Below, piece after piece: positions 50,084 through 58,783 of a stretch of 64,000 bases of DNA. The notes below the pieces were generated by a model. That model did not search any database. It saw nothing but the letters and a program-made list of their open reading frames with translations, and had not been told where the DNA came from. This stretch comes from an uncultured Chloroflexia bacterium (lineage in GTDB: Bacteria; Chloroflexota; Limnocylindria; QHBO01): positions 249,404 to 313,403 of the forward strand of contig CAVYSK010000007.1 of the NCBI GenBank assembly GCA_963771155.1, given 5' to 3'. Every line of letters begins with the position of its first letter. Position 1 is the stretch's first letter. The position numbers and the translations under genes were made by a program.

Positions 50084-51445
50084 TTGCATGGCATGGGAAC
50101 GCCCGCTGAGCGGGCGAGCATGGACGAACAGCGCGTTCTCGACCGATACCGACTGATCGAGCGGATCGCCGCGGGTGGGACCGCGGAGGTCTGGCGTGCC
50201 CACGACGAGCAGCTCGACCGTCCGGTGGCGATCAAGCGGCTCCACGCCCACCTCTTCGCCGATGACTCCTCGCGCGCCCGGCTGGCCGCCGAGGCGCGCG
50301 CCGCGGCCCGGCTCTCGCACCCGGTGATCGTGGGCGTCTATGACGTGGACGCGACCGGCGACGCGCCGGCCCTGGTCATGGAGCTCGTCGACGGCGAGTC
50401 CCTGGCCGCGCGGCTGGAGCGCGATGGGCCGCTGGCCGAGCGCGAGGCGGCGGCCATCGCGGCTGACCTGGCCGAGGCGATCTTCCACGCCCACCAGCAG
50501 GGCGTGATCCACCGCGACATCAAGCCGGGCAACGTCCTGCTCGATCGGGCCGGGCGCACCCGGCTCGTGGACTTCGGGATCGCCCACAGCCTCGCGGACG
50601 CCTCCGAGCGGCTGACAGTCACCGGTACGGTGGTGGGCACCCTACCCGCCATGGCGCCGGAGCAGCTGGCCGACGGCCCGATCACCCCGCGCACCGATCT
50701 CTACGGGCTGGGCGTCGTGCTGCACCAGGCGCTCACCGGCCGTCCGCCGTACCCGACCGGCTCCCCGCTGGCCCTGGCCGCGGCGCAGCGCGCGGGTCCG
50801 CCGCCGCTGGGTGGGATCGATGCCGCACTTGCCGCCGTCGTAGCCGGCTGCCTCGCCCACGACCCGGCCGATCGTCCTCTCCATGCCGGCGCCGTCGCTG
50901 AGGCACTCCGGTCGTGGCTGGCCGGCGACCCCGCGCCGGCGTTGGCGCTGGCCCCGGTCGCCTCGGTCGACACGTCAGCGGTGACCCAGCCGATCCCGGT
51001 GGTCGACATGGGCCCTGCCGCGGTCGCCGCCGCGCCGCCGCCTTCAGTTGCCCGGGACGGCCGGCAGCGCCGGCTCGTCCCGCTGCTTGCCGCCCTGGCT
51101 GCCCTGCTCGTAGTCGCGGTTCTGGCCGCCTTCGCCGCGAGCCGGCCCAATGGCATCGCTGACCCGGCACCGTCCGCATCGGCTCAGACACCACTGCCCA
51201 CGGCAACCGAGACGCCCGTTGCCGAATGGCTCGCGCGCCTGGTCGAACGGGTCGAGAAGGACTGCGGCGCTGATGCCGCCACCGAGGCCGAGGCCGAGAT
51301 GGCGTCGATGACAGAGGACGAGGCTCGCGCCCACGCCGACGCGCTGGTTCAGGAGTGCAAGGACGACGATGGCGGGGGCGGGAACGGTCGTGGCAACGGG
51401 AACGGCGGGGGCAACGGGAACGGGGGCGGAAACGGCGACGACTGA
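50084..51445 (+). CDS. Ser/Thr protein kinase with TM segment and a C-terminal Gly/Asn-rich tail
   Basis: YRLIERIAAGGTAEVWRA..VAIKRL (G-loop and Lys), HRDIKPGN, DFGIA, APE. TM LLAALAALLVVAVLAAFAA. Confidence 0.85.
   Translation: MHGMGTPAERASMDEQRVLDRYRLIERIAAGGTAEVWRAHDEQLDRPVAIKRLHAHLFADDSSRARLAAEARAAARLSHPVIVGVYDVDATGDAPALVMELVDGESLAARLERDGPLAEREAAAIAADLAEAIFHAHQQGVIHRDIKPGNVLLDRAGRTRLVDFGIAHSLADASERLTVTGTVVGTLPAMAPEQLADGPITPRTDLYGLGVVLHQALTGRPPYPTGSPLALAAAQRAGPPPLGGIDAALAAVVAGCLAHDPADRPLHAGAVAEALRSWLAGDPAPALALAPVASVDTSAVTQPIPVVDMGPAAVAAAPPPSVARDGRQRRLVPLLAALAALLVVAVLAAFAASRPNGIADPAPSASAQTPLPTATETPVAEWLARLVERVEKDCGADAATEAEAEMASMTEDEARAHADALVQECKDDDGGGGNGRGNGNGGGNGNGGGNGDD
51365..51440 (+). 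repeat. low-complexity GGGNG/GNG coding repeat at the kinase C-terminus
   Basis: GGGGNGRGNGNGGGNGNGGGNGDD, encoded by reiterated GGCAACGGGAACGG units. Confidence 0.6.
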
Positions 51446-51478
51446 GCTCCCCAGCCCGCGCCGGTTACGTCGGGCGAC

Positions 51479-51565
51479 TCACAGTCGCTGCTGGCGGTAC
51501 CCCCACCAGAGAAGGGCCGCCATCAGGATGCCGAAGACGATCACGGCTCCGACGATGACTTCCAT
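51479..51565 (-). CDS. putative 28-aa single-TM micropeptide
   Basis: MEVIVGAVIVFGILMAALLWWGYRQQRL*, immediately downstream of and co-directional with the SnoaL-like gene. It is below the track length cut-off. Confidence 0.2.
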   Translation of the reverse strand: MEVIVGAVIVFGILMAALLWWGYRQQRL

Positions 51566-51573
51566 GTCCGGCC

Positions 51574-51909
51574 TCAGTTCGGCGTCAGGAAGAGGCTGAC
51601 GATCTCGCCGTTCTCGACCCGGAAGTTCGCCTCGACGTGCATCGGGTCGATGCCGGGGCGCATCACCGTGACGTCGGCCACGTACGATGCGCCCATGTTG
51701 CGGCTGTCGTTGATGAACAATCTGAACCCATCGCCGGCCCGCATGAACCAGCCCCCGACCTTGTCGCGTCCGCGCAGGTTCGTCCGCTCGTCGCTGCCTG
51801 GAACGCTGATGCCCATCACGGCGTTCTCCGCCAGCAGCTCCACGGCCTTGTCGCGGTGATCGTCGTTGATGAGCTCGAAGAAGAGATCGACGGTCTCGGT
51901 GGCTCCCAT
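51574..51909 (-). CDS. SnoaL-like / NTF2-like small protein
   Basis: 111 aa, MGATETVDLFFELINDDHRDKAVELLAENAVM... (a nuclear transport factor 2 / ketosteroid isomerase-like fold pattern). Confidence 0.55.
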   Translation of the reverse strand: MGATETVDLFFELINDDHRDKAVELLAENAVMGISVPGSDERTNLRGRDKVGGWFMRAGDGFRLFINDSRNMGASYVADVTVMRPGIDPMHVEANFRVENGEIVSLFLTPN

Positions 51910-51946
51910 ATGCCGCCAGTTTACCGAATCGCCGCTGTGCGCCGCC

Positions 51947-51963
51947 GTATATACGGTATATAC
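51947..51963. promoter_or_regulatory. AT-rich near-palindromic 17-mer GTATATACGGTATATAC, copy 2, in the divergent intergenic region between the SnoaL-like gene and hom
   Basis: Seen directly and identical to 46774..46790. It lies 38 nt from the SnoaL-like start and 40 nt from the hom ATG. Confidence 0.55.
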
Positions 51964-52002
51964 ATGCGGTTCCGGCCATGCCGAGCCCCGTAGACTGAGC
52001 CG

Positions 52003-52932
52003 ATGGACCGCCTGCGCATCGGCCTGATCGGATGGGGGACCGTCGGCTCGGCCTTTGGAACGCTCGTCGCCGACGGGCCACTGCCACTGACGCTCGCCGG
52101 CGTGGCCGTCCGCGACCCGGATCGGGCACGCGAGCGCGGCCTCCCCAAGGAGGTGCCGACCATCTCCGTCGACGAGGCCCTGGCGGTCGACGTCGTGGTC
52201 GAGCTCGCGGGCGGCCTCGAGGGCCCCCGAGACTGGGCCCGCGCGACGCTCGACCGCGGGACGCCGTACGTGACGGCGAACAAGGCGCTGCTTGCCACCC
52301 ACGGCGGCGAGCTCGCGGAGCTGGCCGAGCGACGGGTCGCGGCACTGCTCGGCAGCGCGAGCGTCGGCGGCGGCACGCCGATGATCGAGACAACGCAGCA
52401 CGTCGCGGCCGCCGGCGAGATCGCACGGCTGCGGGGGGTGGTGAACGCCACCACCACGTTCATCCTGAGCGCGATGGGACGCGGAGCCAGCTACGAGGAT
52501 GCGCTGCGCGACGCGCAGGATGCCGGCTACGCGGAGGCTGATCCGAGCTTCGACGTCGAGGGCCGCGATGCCGCGCAGAAGCTCGCGATCCTCGCCTCGG
52601 TGGCATGGGGGACATGGCGGCCAGAGTCCGACGTGGACACCACCGGGATCCTCGATGCGGCGGTCGCCCCGGGCCAGATCACCCGGCTCGTGGCGGACGC
52701 GGATGCCACCGCGCTGCGCGTCGCGCCGGCCACGCTCGACGCACTCGACCCGCTGGCCGCGCTCGACGGGGTCGAGAGCATGCTCGAAATCGTCTCGCGC
52801 GACGGGACCACCGTCCGCGTCAGCGGCCCCGGCGCAGGTGGCCGGGTGACGGCCGGCGCGGTGTACGCGGACGTCGCGCGTCTGGTCGCCGGCGAGCGGC
52901 CGATCCTGTTCGGCGGTATCGTCGCCCCATGA
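52003..52932 (+). CDS. hom: homoserine dehydrogenase (short form without ACT domain)
   Basis: MDRLRIGLIGWGTVGSAF...TANKALLA...EADPSFDVEGRDAAQKLAILA. Confidence 0.75.
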   Translation: MDRLRIGLIGWGTVGSAFGTLVADGPLPLTLAGVAVRDPDRARERGLPKEVPTISVDEALAVDVVVELAGGLEGPRDWARATLDRGTPYVTANKALLATHGGELAELAERRVAALLGSASVGGGTPMIETTQHVAAAGEIARLRGVVNATTTFILSAMGRGASYEDALRDAQDAGYAEADPSFDVEGRDAAQKLAILASVAWGTWRPESDVDTTGILDAAVAPGQITRLVADADATALRVAPATLDALDPLAALDGVESMLEIVSRDGTTVRVSGPGAGGRVTAGAVYADVARLVAGERPILFGGIVAP

Positions 52933-53960
52933 ACGGATGGCCGACGGTCGGGGTGGCGGGTGCGCGGGGCGTGGTCGGTGGGGTGTTCTGCGACATCCTC
53001 GCCGATGCCGGCCTGCCCGCCGAATGCCTCCGCGCCTTCGGCCATGAGGAAGGCAACACGCTCGGCTACCGCGGTGAGACGGTCCCGGTGCACGTCCTCA
53101 CCGACGAGCGGGCGGGCGAGCTGGACGTGCTGTTCCTGGCGGTGGACGCTGCCCAGAGCCGCGAGATCATGGACGGACCGGGTCGCGCGGTGCCACTCGT
53201 CGTCGACAACTCGAGCGCGTTCCGCCTGGCCGACGACGTCCCGCTCGTCGTTCCGGAGGGGAACGCGCATGCTGCCCGCGATCGCACTGGCAATCTGATC
53301 GCCAACCCGAACTGCACGACGGCCGCAGCCGTCGTCGTGCTCGCGCCGATCCGCGACCTCGCTGGCCTCGACTCGGTCGACCTCGCCAGCTACCAGGCGG
53401 TCAGCGGCGCCGGCCGGAAGGGCCTGGACGCCTGGGAGGCGGAGCGAGCGACCGACCATCGCGACGCCGCCGCCGGATCGCCGTTCCACGGCCGGATCGC
53501 CGACTCGGTGGTCCCGCAGATCGACGTCCTCGCCGATGACGGGTGGACCGGCGAGGAGCGAAAGATCCACGCCGAGCTGCGCAAGATCCTCGAGCTGCCG
53601 GAGCTCGACGTCGCCGCCTCGGCCATCCGCGTGCCAGTCCGCACCGGCCACTCCGTCGCGCTTCACGTGCGCACGACGCGGGACACGACCGTCGAGGAGC
53701 TCGAGGCTGCGCTGAAGGCCGCGCCCGGGCTCGAGTACCGCCCCGCCGATGGATCCGAGCGCCACCCGATGCCGCTCGACGTCGAGGGCCGTGATCCGGT
53801 GCTGGTCGGGCGGCTCCGCGCTGTGGCCGGCCGGGAGCGGGGCTTCGCGCTGTGGCTCAGCAGCGACAATCTTCGCAAGGGAGCCGCGCTCAACGCCATC
53901 CAGTGCGCGGCGGTCGCCGACCCGGAGCGCTACGGACGGCTCCTACCGCCCCCTCGGTGA
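52929..53960 (+). CDS. asd: aspartate-semialdehyde dehydrogenase
   Basis: VGVAGARGVVGG...NPNCTTAAAVVVLAPI (catalytic Cys)...SGAGRKG. ATG overlaps the hom stop (ATGA). Confidence 0.85.
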   Translation: MNGWPTVGVAGARGVVGGVFCDILADAGLPAECLRAFGHEEGNTLGYRGETVPVHVLTDERAGELDVLFLAVDAAQSREIMDGPGRAVPLVVDNSSAFRLADDVPLVVPEGNAHAARDRTGNLIANPNCTTAAAVVVLAPIRDLAGLDSVDLASYQAVSGAGRKGLDAWEAERATDHRDAAAGSPFHGRIADSVVPQIDVLADDGWTGEERKIHAELRKILELPELDVAASAIRVPVRTGHSVALHVRTTRDTTVEELEAALKAAPGLEYRPADGSERHPMPLDVEGRDPVLVGRLRAVAGRERGFALWLSSDNLRKGAALNAIQCAAVADPERYGRLLPPPR

Positions 53961-54841
53961 GCGAGGGTCCTCGGCTCGCGGCACTCCTCGATGCGCTCGA
54001 CGACCACGGCGTTGAGTACGTCGTTACCGGATCGGTGGCTGCCATGGCGCACGGCGCCCCGGACGTGCGGCCGGCTGACCTCGACATCATTCCGGCCACC
54101 GACCCGGACAACCTCGCACGGCTCGTGGCCGCGCTCGGGGCGATCGGTGCCACGATGGGGCCCGAGTACGGCGAGTGGCGGATCGACGATGCTGGCGAGC
54201 GCGAGTGGGTTCAGGACGGACGGCTCCGCGATGCCCCTCCGCTGGATCCGGCGGACCCGGCGACGTTCGACCACTGGTTCGAGTCCCCAGACGGTCGGCT
54301 CGACATCGTTCCGGAGGCCGCCGGTACCCACGCCGCCGTCCGACCACGCGCCGTGTGGGTCGGGGTGGCAGGTGCCGATCGTTGGGTCGCGGCACCGGCA
54401 GACGTCCTGGCCGGCATGACGCGACCCAGGCGGCCGAAGGACGCCACCCGGGTGCAACATCTCCGAACCCTGGACCCGACCGGCGCACGGTCGGGGATCG
54501 GCTTCATCGGCTTCCGGACCGATCGATTCACGGAGATGGTGACACTGTTCCGTGACCGCATCGGTCTCGAGGTCATCCGGGAGGCGCCGGGCGCCACCTG
54601 GTTCCGGCTCGGGGATGCGGAGCTCCACGTGTACGCCAACACCGACCCCGACCACGCGTTCTTCACGACCGGCCCGGTCGTCGGCCTTCGCGTCGCCGAC
54701 GTCGACGCCACCAGGGCTGCACTCGAGGCTGACGGACTTGAGCTGCTGACCGAGATCGAGCGGACCGGCGATGCCGCCTGGTGCCATTTCCGGGCACCCG
54801 ACGGCAGCGTCCTCGAGATCATCGGCCCGGGCAGCGGATGA
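53957..54841 (+). CDS. nucleotidyltransferase-fold domain fused in frame to a VOC/glyoxalase domain (possibly two genes; alternative internal start about 54418)
   Basis: N-terminal GVEYVVTGSVAAMAHGAPDVRPADLDIIPA (minimal NTase GS...DxD). C-terminal IGFIGFRTDRFTEMVTLFRDRIGLEV...GLRVADVDATRAALEADGLEL. GTG overlaps the asd stop. Confidence 0.5.
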   Translation: MSEGPRLAALLDALDDHGVEYVVTGSVAAMAHGAPDVRPADLDIIPATDPDNLARLVAALGAIGATMGPEYGEWRIDDAGEREWVQDGRLRDAPPLDPADPATFDHWFESPDGRLDIVPEAAGTHAAVRPRAVWVGVAGADRWVAAPADVLAGMTRPRRPKDATRVQHLRTLDPTGARSGIGFIGFRTDRFTEMVTLFRDRIGLEVIREAPGATWFRLGDAELHVYANTDPDHAFFTTGPVVGLRVADVDATRAALEADGLELLTEIERTGDAAWCHFRAPDGSVLEIIGPGSG

Positions 54842-55767
54842 GCGAGGAAATCGACGGGCGCATCTTCGAGCGGCTGCCGCTCATGCCGGAGCCGACGCCC
54901 GCGCTCCTGGGGCCTGCCATCGCACCGGAGGCGAGCGATCGTTGGACACGCGACGCGCTCCTCGCCTACCTGCGGTACTTCACCCGGCTGTTCGAGCTCG
55001 ACGAGTCGGCGAGTGGCGCCGAATCCTCTCTGGCCGATGCGCTGACGGCGCTGGCCGACGTGCCGCGCAGCGGGGTGGACGAGCCCGACATCGACGCGGC
55101 CGAGTCGGTCCTGCGACGCGGCTTCGCCGACCGTGGATATCAGTTCCTTGGCGGCCGGACGCCGCCGCACTTCGGTGCCTACATCTGGAAGCGCACCGAG
55201 GATCGGCGGTTCAAGGTGACATTGCCGCGCGGCGAGCCGCAGGAGGTGACCGTTCACTTCATGCACGACTTCGTGCTGCGTGGCTGGCTCCACTGGAAGA
55301 CGGCCGGGGCGCAGGGAGCCGGCGGCTGGTACAAGGAGGACGATCCCGACTGGCCCGATGGCCTGTACTGCGTTGCCGACCGCTACCCCGAACCGCTGGA
55401 TGAGAACCGTGCGTTCCAGGTCTCGCTCCTTGGCCACGAGGCGCAGCACGTCGCCGACCATCGGGCCTTCCCTGGTCTCTCGTCCCCGGACCTGGAGTAC
55501 CGCGCCAAGCTCGTGGAGCTCATCGGCTACGACAGCGTTGACGAGCGGCTGACCTCGTTCCTCGCCGATGCCCTCGACGATCCGACGCAGCCGCACCCCT
55601 ATGCCGCCCACCTCATCGTCGGCCGGTTGGCCGATCGGCTCTTCGGCGGCGCCCCGGCATCGGATGCCGGCTGGGCATCGCTCCCGTACCGTGAGATCGC
55701 TACTGCCGCGGGAGCGCTCCTGGACGAGGACACGGTCCGGCTGACCGCGCAAGCCCAGGAGCGCTGA
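54838..55767 (+). CDS. hypothetical protein with HExxH motif (putative metallohydrolase-like)
   Basis: MSEEIDGRIFERLPLMPEP... LLGHEAQHVADH. ATG overlaps the upstream stop. No clear family assignment. Confidence 0.45.
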   Translation: MSEEIDGRIFERLPLMPEPTPALLGPAIAPEASDRWTRDALLAYLRYFTRLFELDESASGAESSLADALTALADVPRSGVDEPDIDAAESVLRRGFADRGYQFLGGRTPPHFGAYIWKRTEDRRFKVTLPRGEPQEVTVHFMHDFVLRGWLHWKTAGAQGAGGWYKEDDPDWPDGLYCVADRYPEPLDENRAFQVSLLGHEAQHVADHRAFPGLSSPDLEYRAKLVELIGYDSVDERLTSFLADALDDPTQPHPYAAHLIVGRLADRLFGGAPASDAGWASLPYREIATAAGALLDEDTVRLTAQAQER

Positions 55768-55772
55768 TTCCG

Positions 55773-56549
55773 CTACGCCGACCGCTGGTAGCCGCGGAAG
55801 GCCCAGGTGGCGAGCGCGACGCTCAGCAGCGCCACGACCGCCAGACCGGCAACGCGAGGCAGGACGAAGGACCAGTCCGGGTTCGCGAGCAGTGCCTCGC
55901 GTCCGGCCTCGATCGCCCAGTTGATCGGGTTGTACGTCGCAACCGTTTGAATCCAGTCCGGCGCGAGCGCCAGCGGCAGGAAGGCAGCCGACAGGAACGT
56001 GAGCGGCAGCGTCAGCATCGTGTTCACCCCGATCACCGACTCGCGCTGACGCAGTGTCAGCGCCATGGCGCACGAGAGGGAGGCGAACGCGAAGGCGACC
56101 AGGACGGCAACGGCCAGCAGCACGCCGAAGCCGACGAGGCCGCTGGCGAACTGCGCGCCGAGCAGCCAGGCCAGTCCGCCCATGATCAGGCCCTGGATTA
56201 CGAGGGCGATGCCCTCGTACCCGATCCGTCCGACGATCAGCGCGCTGCGTCGGGTCGGCCCGGCCAGGAAGCGGTCGAGCAGGCCGCGGTCGATGTCCTC
56301 GATCACGCCCATCCCCGACCAGCCGCTGCCCATCAGCGCGGTCATGATGATGATGCCGGGCACCAGGTAATCGAGGTACGTGCCCGCCGTGGCGAACCCG
56401 GGGATCTCGGTCACGCTGCGGAACAGCGAGCCGAACAGCAGCAGCCAGATCACCGGCTGCACGAGGGTGATCGCCACGAACCACGGCTGCCGCAGCAGCA
56501 TGCGGGCGTGGCGCTGGGTCATGTAGTAGGACTGGGCAATGGCGGTCAT
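55773..56549 (-). CDS. ABC-2 type transporter permease (DrrB-like)
   Basis: 258 aa with six TM segments. Confidence 0.75.
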   Translation of the reverse strand: MTAIAQSYYMTQRHARMLLRQPWFVAITLVQPVIWLLLFGSLFRSVTEIPGFATAGTYLDYLVPGIIIMTALMGSGWSGMGVIEDIDRGLLDRFLAGPTRRSALIVGRIGYEGIALVIQGLIMGGLAWLLGAQFASGLVGFGVLLAVAVLVAFAFASLSCAMALTLRQRESVIGVNTMLTLPLTFLSAAFLPLALAPDWIQTVATYNPINWAIEAGREALLANPDWSFVLPRVAGLAVVALLSVALATWAFRGYQRSA

Positions 56550-57524
56550 GCGAAGGACTCCTCGGTCTGCCGGAATGCCCGGCCGGTGTGGCGGAGGTAG
56601 ACGTCATCGAGCGATGGGCGGCTGACGGTGACCGAAGCGACGCCGATGCCGGCGCCCTCGAGCGCCGACAGCACGGCCGGCACCGCGGTGGCACCGCGCT
56701 CGACACGGGCACGCAGCGATCGGCCGTCGATCAGCGACTCGGCCAGGCCGGGGACCCGCTCGCAGGACGCTCATGGCATGCGCGTCGGCGGCAGGCTCGG
56801 CCAGCTCGACCACGATCGCGTCACCGCGCAGCTCGGACTTGAGCTGGTCCGGCGTGCCGGTGGTGACCACGCGACCGCGATCGACGATGGCCAGCCGGCT
56901 GGCGAGCCGATCCGCTTCCTCGAGGTAATGGGTGGTGAGCAGGATCGTCAGCCCGTCCTCGCGCGTCAGCCGCGCGATCTCGGCCCACAACTCAGCGCGC
57001 GCCTCGGGATCGAGTCCGGTGGTTGGCTCGTCCAGGAACAGGACGCGGGGCCGATGGACGAGTCCCATGGCCACGTCCAGCTTGCGCTGCATGCCGCCCG
57101 AGTACGTTCTCGCGACCCGATCCGCGGCGTCGGAGAGCCCGAACTGGCCGAGCAGCTCGTCGATCCGATGCTTCAGCTTCGATCCCCCCATGCCGTGGAT
57201 CCGGCCCTCGAGCTCGAGGTTCTCACGACCGGTGGCCTCGGGATCGACCGCGATCCGCTGGCCGACAGTGCCGATCGCGCGGCGCACCCGGTCGGGCTGG
57301 CGCAGCACGTCGATACCGGCGACCGTCGCCCGCCCCCCGTTCGGGTAGCTGAGGGTGGTGAGGATCTTCACCGTCGTCGACTTGCCAGCCCCATTCGGCC
57401 CAAGCAGGCCGAAGATCGTGCCCGGCTCGACGTCGAAGGTCAGCCCGTCGAGGGCCGTCACGTCATTCCGATATCGCTTCACCAGGCGCTCGGCCACGAT
57501 GGCCTTGCTATCATGCTCGTGCAT
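56546..57524 (-). CDS. ABC transporter ATP-binding protein (DrrA-like), frameshift in a C-run near 56750
   Basis: [41 protein letters not shown]. The true C-terminus (...ALEGAGIGVASVTVSRPSLDDVYLRHTG...ESFA*) is in another frame and ends in ATGA, overlapping the permease start. Confidence 0.75.
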
Positions 57525-57579
57525 GTTGACCTCCTGATTCGTTTAGATGCTAAGATATCGGCATGATGAGACAAGACCG

Positions 57580-58716
57580 ATGACTATGTCAACTCCGGAC
57601 GATGCGACTGCCGCACTGCGCCGGCTCATCACGGCGTCGCTCGACACCCATGAAGCCCTGGCGGCCCGCGTCGGGCTCAACCCCACTGACCTGCGCTGCC
57701 TGGTTATCGCGGCCGGCGAGCCCGACGTGACGCCTTCTCGGCTCGCCGAGCTGAGCCGCCTGACGAGTGGGGCGGTCACCGGCGTGCTCGACCGGCTCGA
57801 GCGTGCCGGCTTCGCGCGCCGGGAGGCCGACCCGGAGGACCGACGGCGTTTGATGGTCCGTGTCGACCCGGAGCAGCTGACCGCGCTCGAGGCGGAGTAC
57901 ACGCCGATCGTGGAGCGTGCCATCGGCGCCGCCGCGGACGCCGTTCCCGCGGTGGGGACAGAGGCCGGGCGCTACCTCACCGCCATCGGCGACGTCCTGG
58001 CCCGGGAGGCGGATCGCCTGCACGTCTCCACTCACGGAGGCATCCTCGACGACGCCTATCTCGTCCCGCGCGGAGACGTGGCACGCGCCCGGCTGGTGCT
58101 GCACACGGGCGCGCCGCGACTGTCCCTCGGGCGTTCGGCCCTGGGTCAGCAGGTCCGCATGGTGGCCGAGACGGCCGCGACGAGGCTCACCGTGGTGGCA
58201 GCCGAGCCCGGCGAGGAGCTCATCCGGGCATCGTTCGTCGGGCCGCCGCCGGACGTGCGTACAAGCGAAGGCACGGTGACGATGCGGTACCGCCGTCGCC
58301 TGATCGACCCGCGCAGCCGGGCGATCAGCGCCCAGCTGCATCCGGCAGCGGCCTGGGCGCTCCAGATCGAGGACGGCATCACCGACATCGACGCGGATCT
58401 GAGCGGTCTCACGTTCACCGGGCTGGCGGTGCGCGGGGGTGCGAACCACTTCCGCCTGCGGCTTCCCAAGCCGAGCGGCACGGTCCGGATCCGGATCGAG
58501 GGCGGCGTCAGCGAGGGCACCGTGACGCGGCCAGCGGGCGTCCCGGTCCTCGTTTCCGCTGATGAGGGAGCGTCGAGGCTCTCCCTCGACGATGAGCGCC
58601 GCGAGTCGTCTGGGACCGAACTCCGCGTTCGATCACGCACCTACGACCGGGGCCCGGATCGGTACGAGATCGAAATCGGCGGGGGGATCTCGGAACTGAA
58701 CGTCAGCGAGGAGTGA
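57580..58716 (+). CDS. MarR family transcriptional regulator fused to a about 230-aa beta-rich C-terminal domain (DUF4097/toastrack-like)
   Basis: wHTH LSRLTSGAVTGVLDRLERAGFARREADPEDRRR. C-terminal reiterated G-x-V-x-V strands (TVRIRIEGGVSEGTVTRPAGVPVLVSADEG..ELRVRSRTYD..YEIEIGGGISELNVSEE). Confidence 0.6.
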   Translation: MTMSTPDDATAALRRLITASLDTHEALAARVGLNPTDLRCLVIAAGEPDVTPSRLAELSRLTSGAVTGVLDRLERAGFARREADPEDRRRLMVRVDPEQLTALEAEYTPIVERAIGAAADAVPAVGTEAGRYLTAIGDVLAREADRLHVSTHGGILDDAYLVPRGDVARARLVLHTGAPRLSLGRSALGQQVRMVAETAATRLTVVAAEPGEELIRASFVGPPPDVRTSEGTVTMRYRRRLIDPRSRAISAQLHPAAAWALQIEDGITDIDADLSGLTFTGLAVRGGANHFRLRLPKPSGTVRIRIEGGVSEGTVTRPAGVPVLVSADEGASRLSLDDERRESSGTELRVRSRTYDRGPDRYEIEIGGGISELNVSEE

Positions 58717-58783
58717 CGCTGCGGCACAGGTGCTCCGGTACACTTGGCCATTCCCCCGGGCACGCAGTGACAGAGGGATATCC

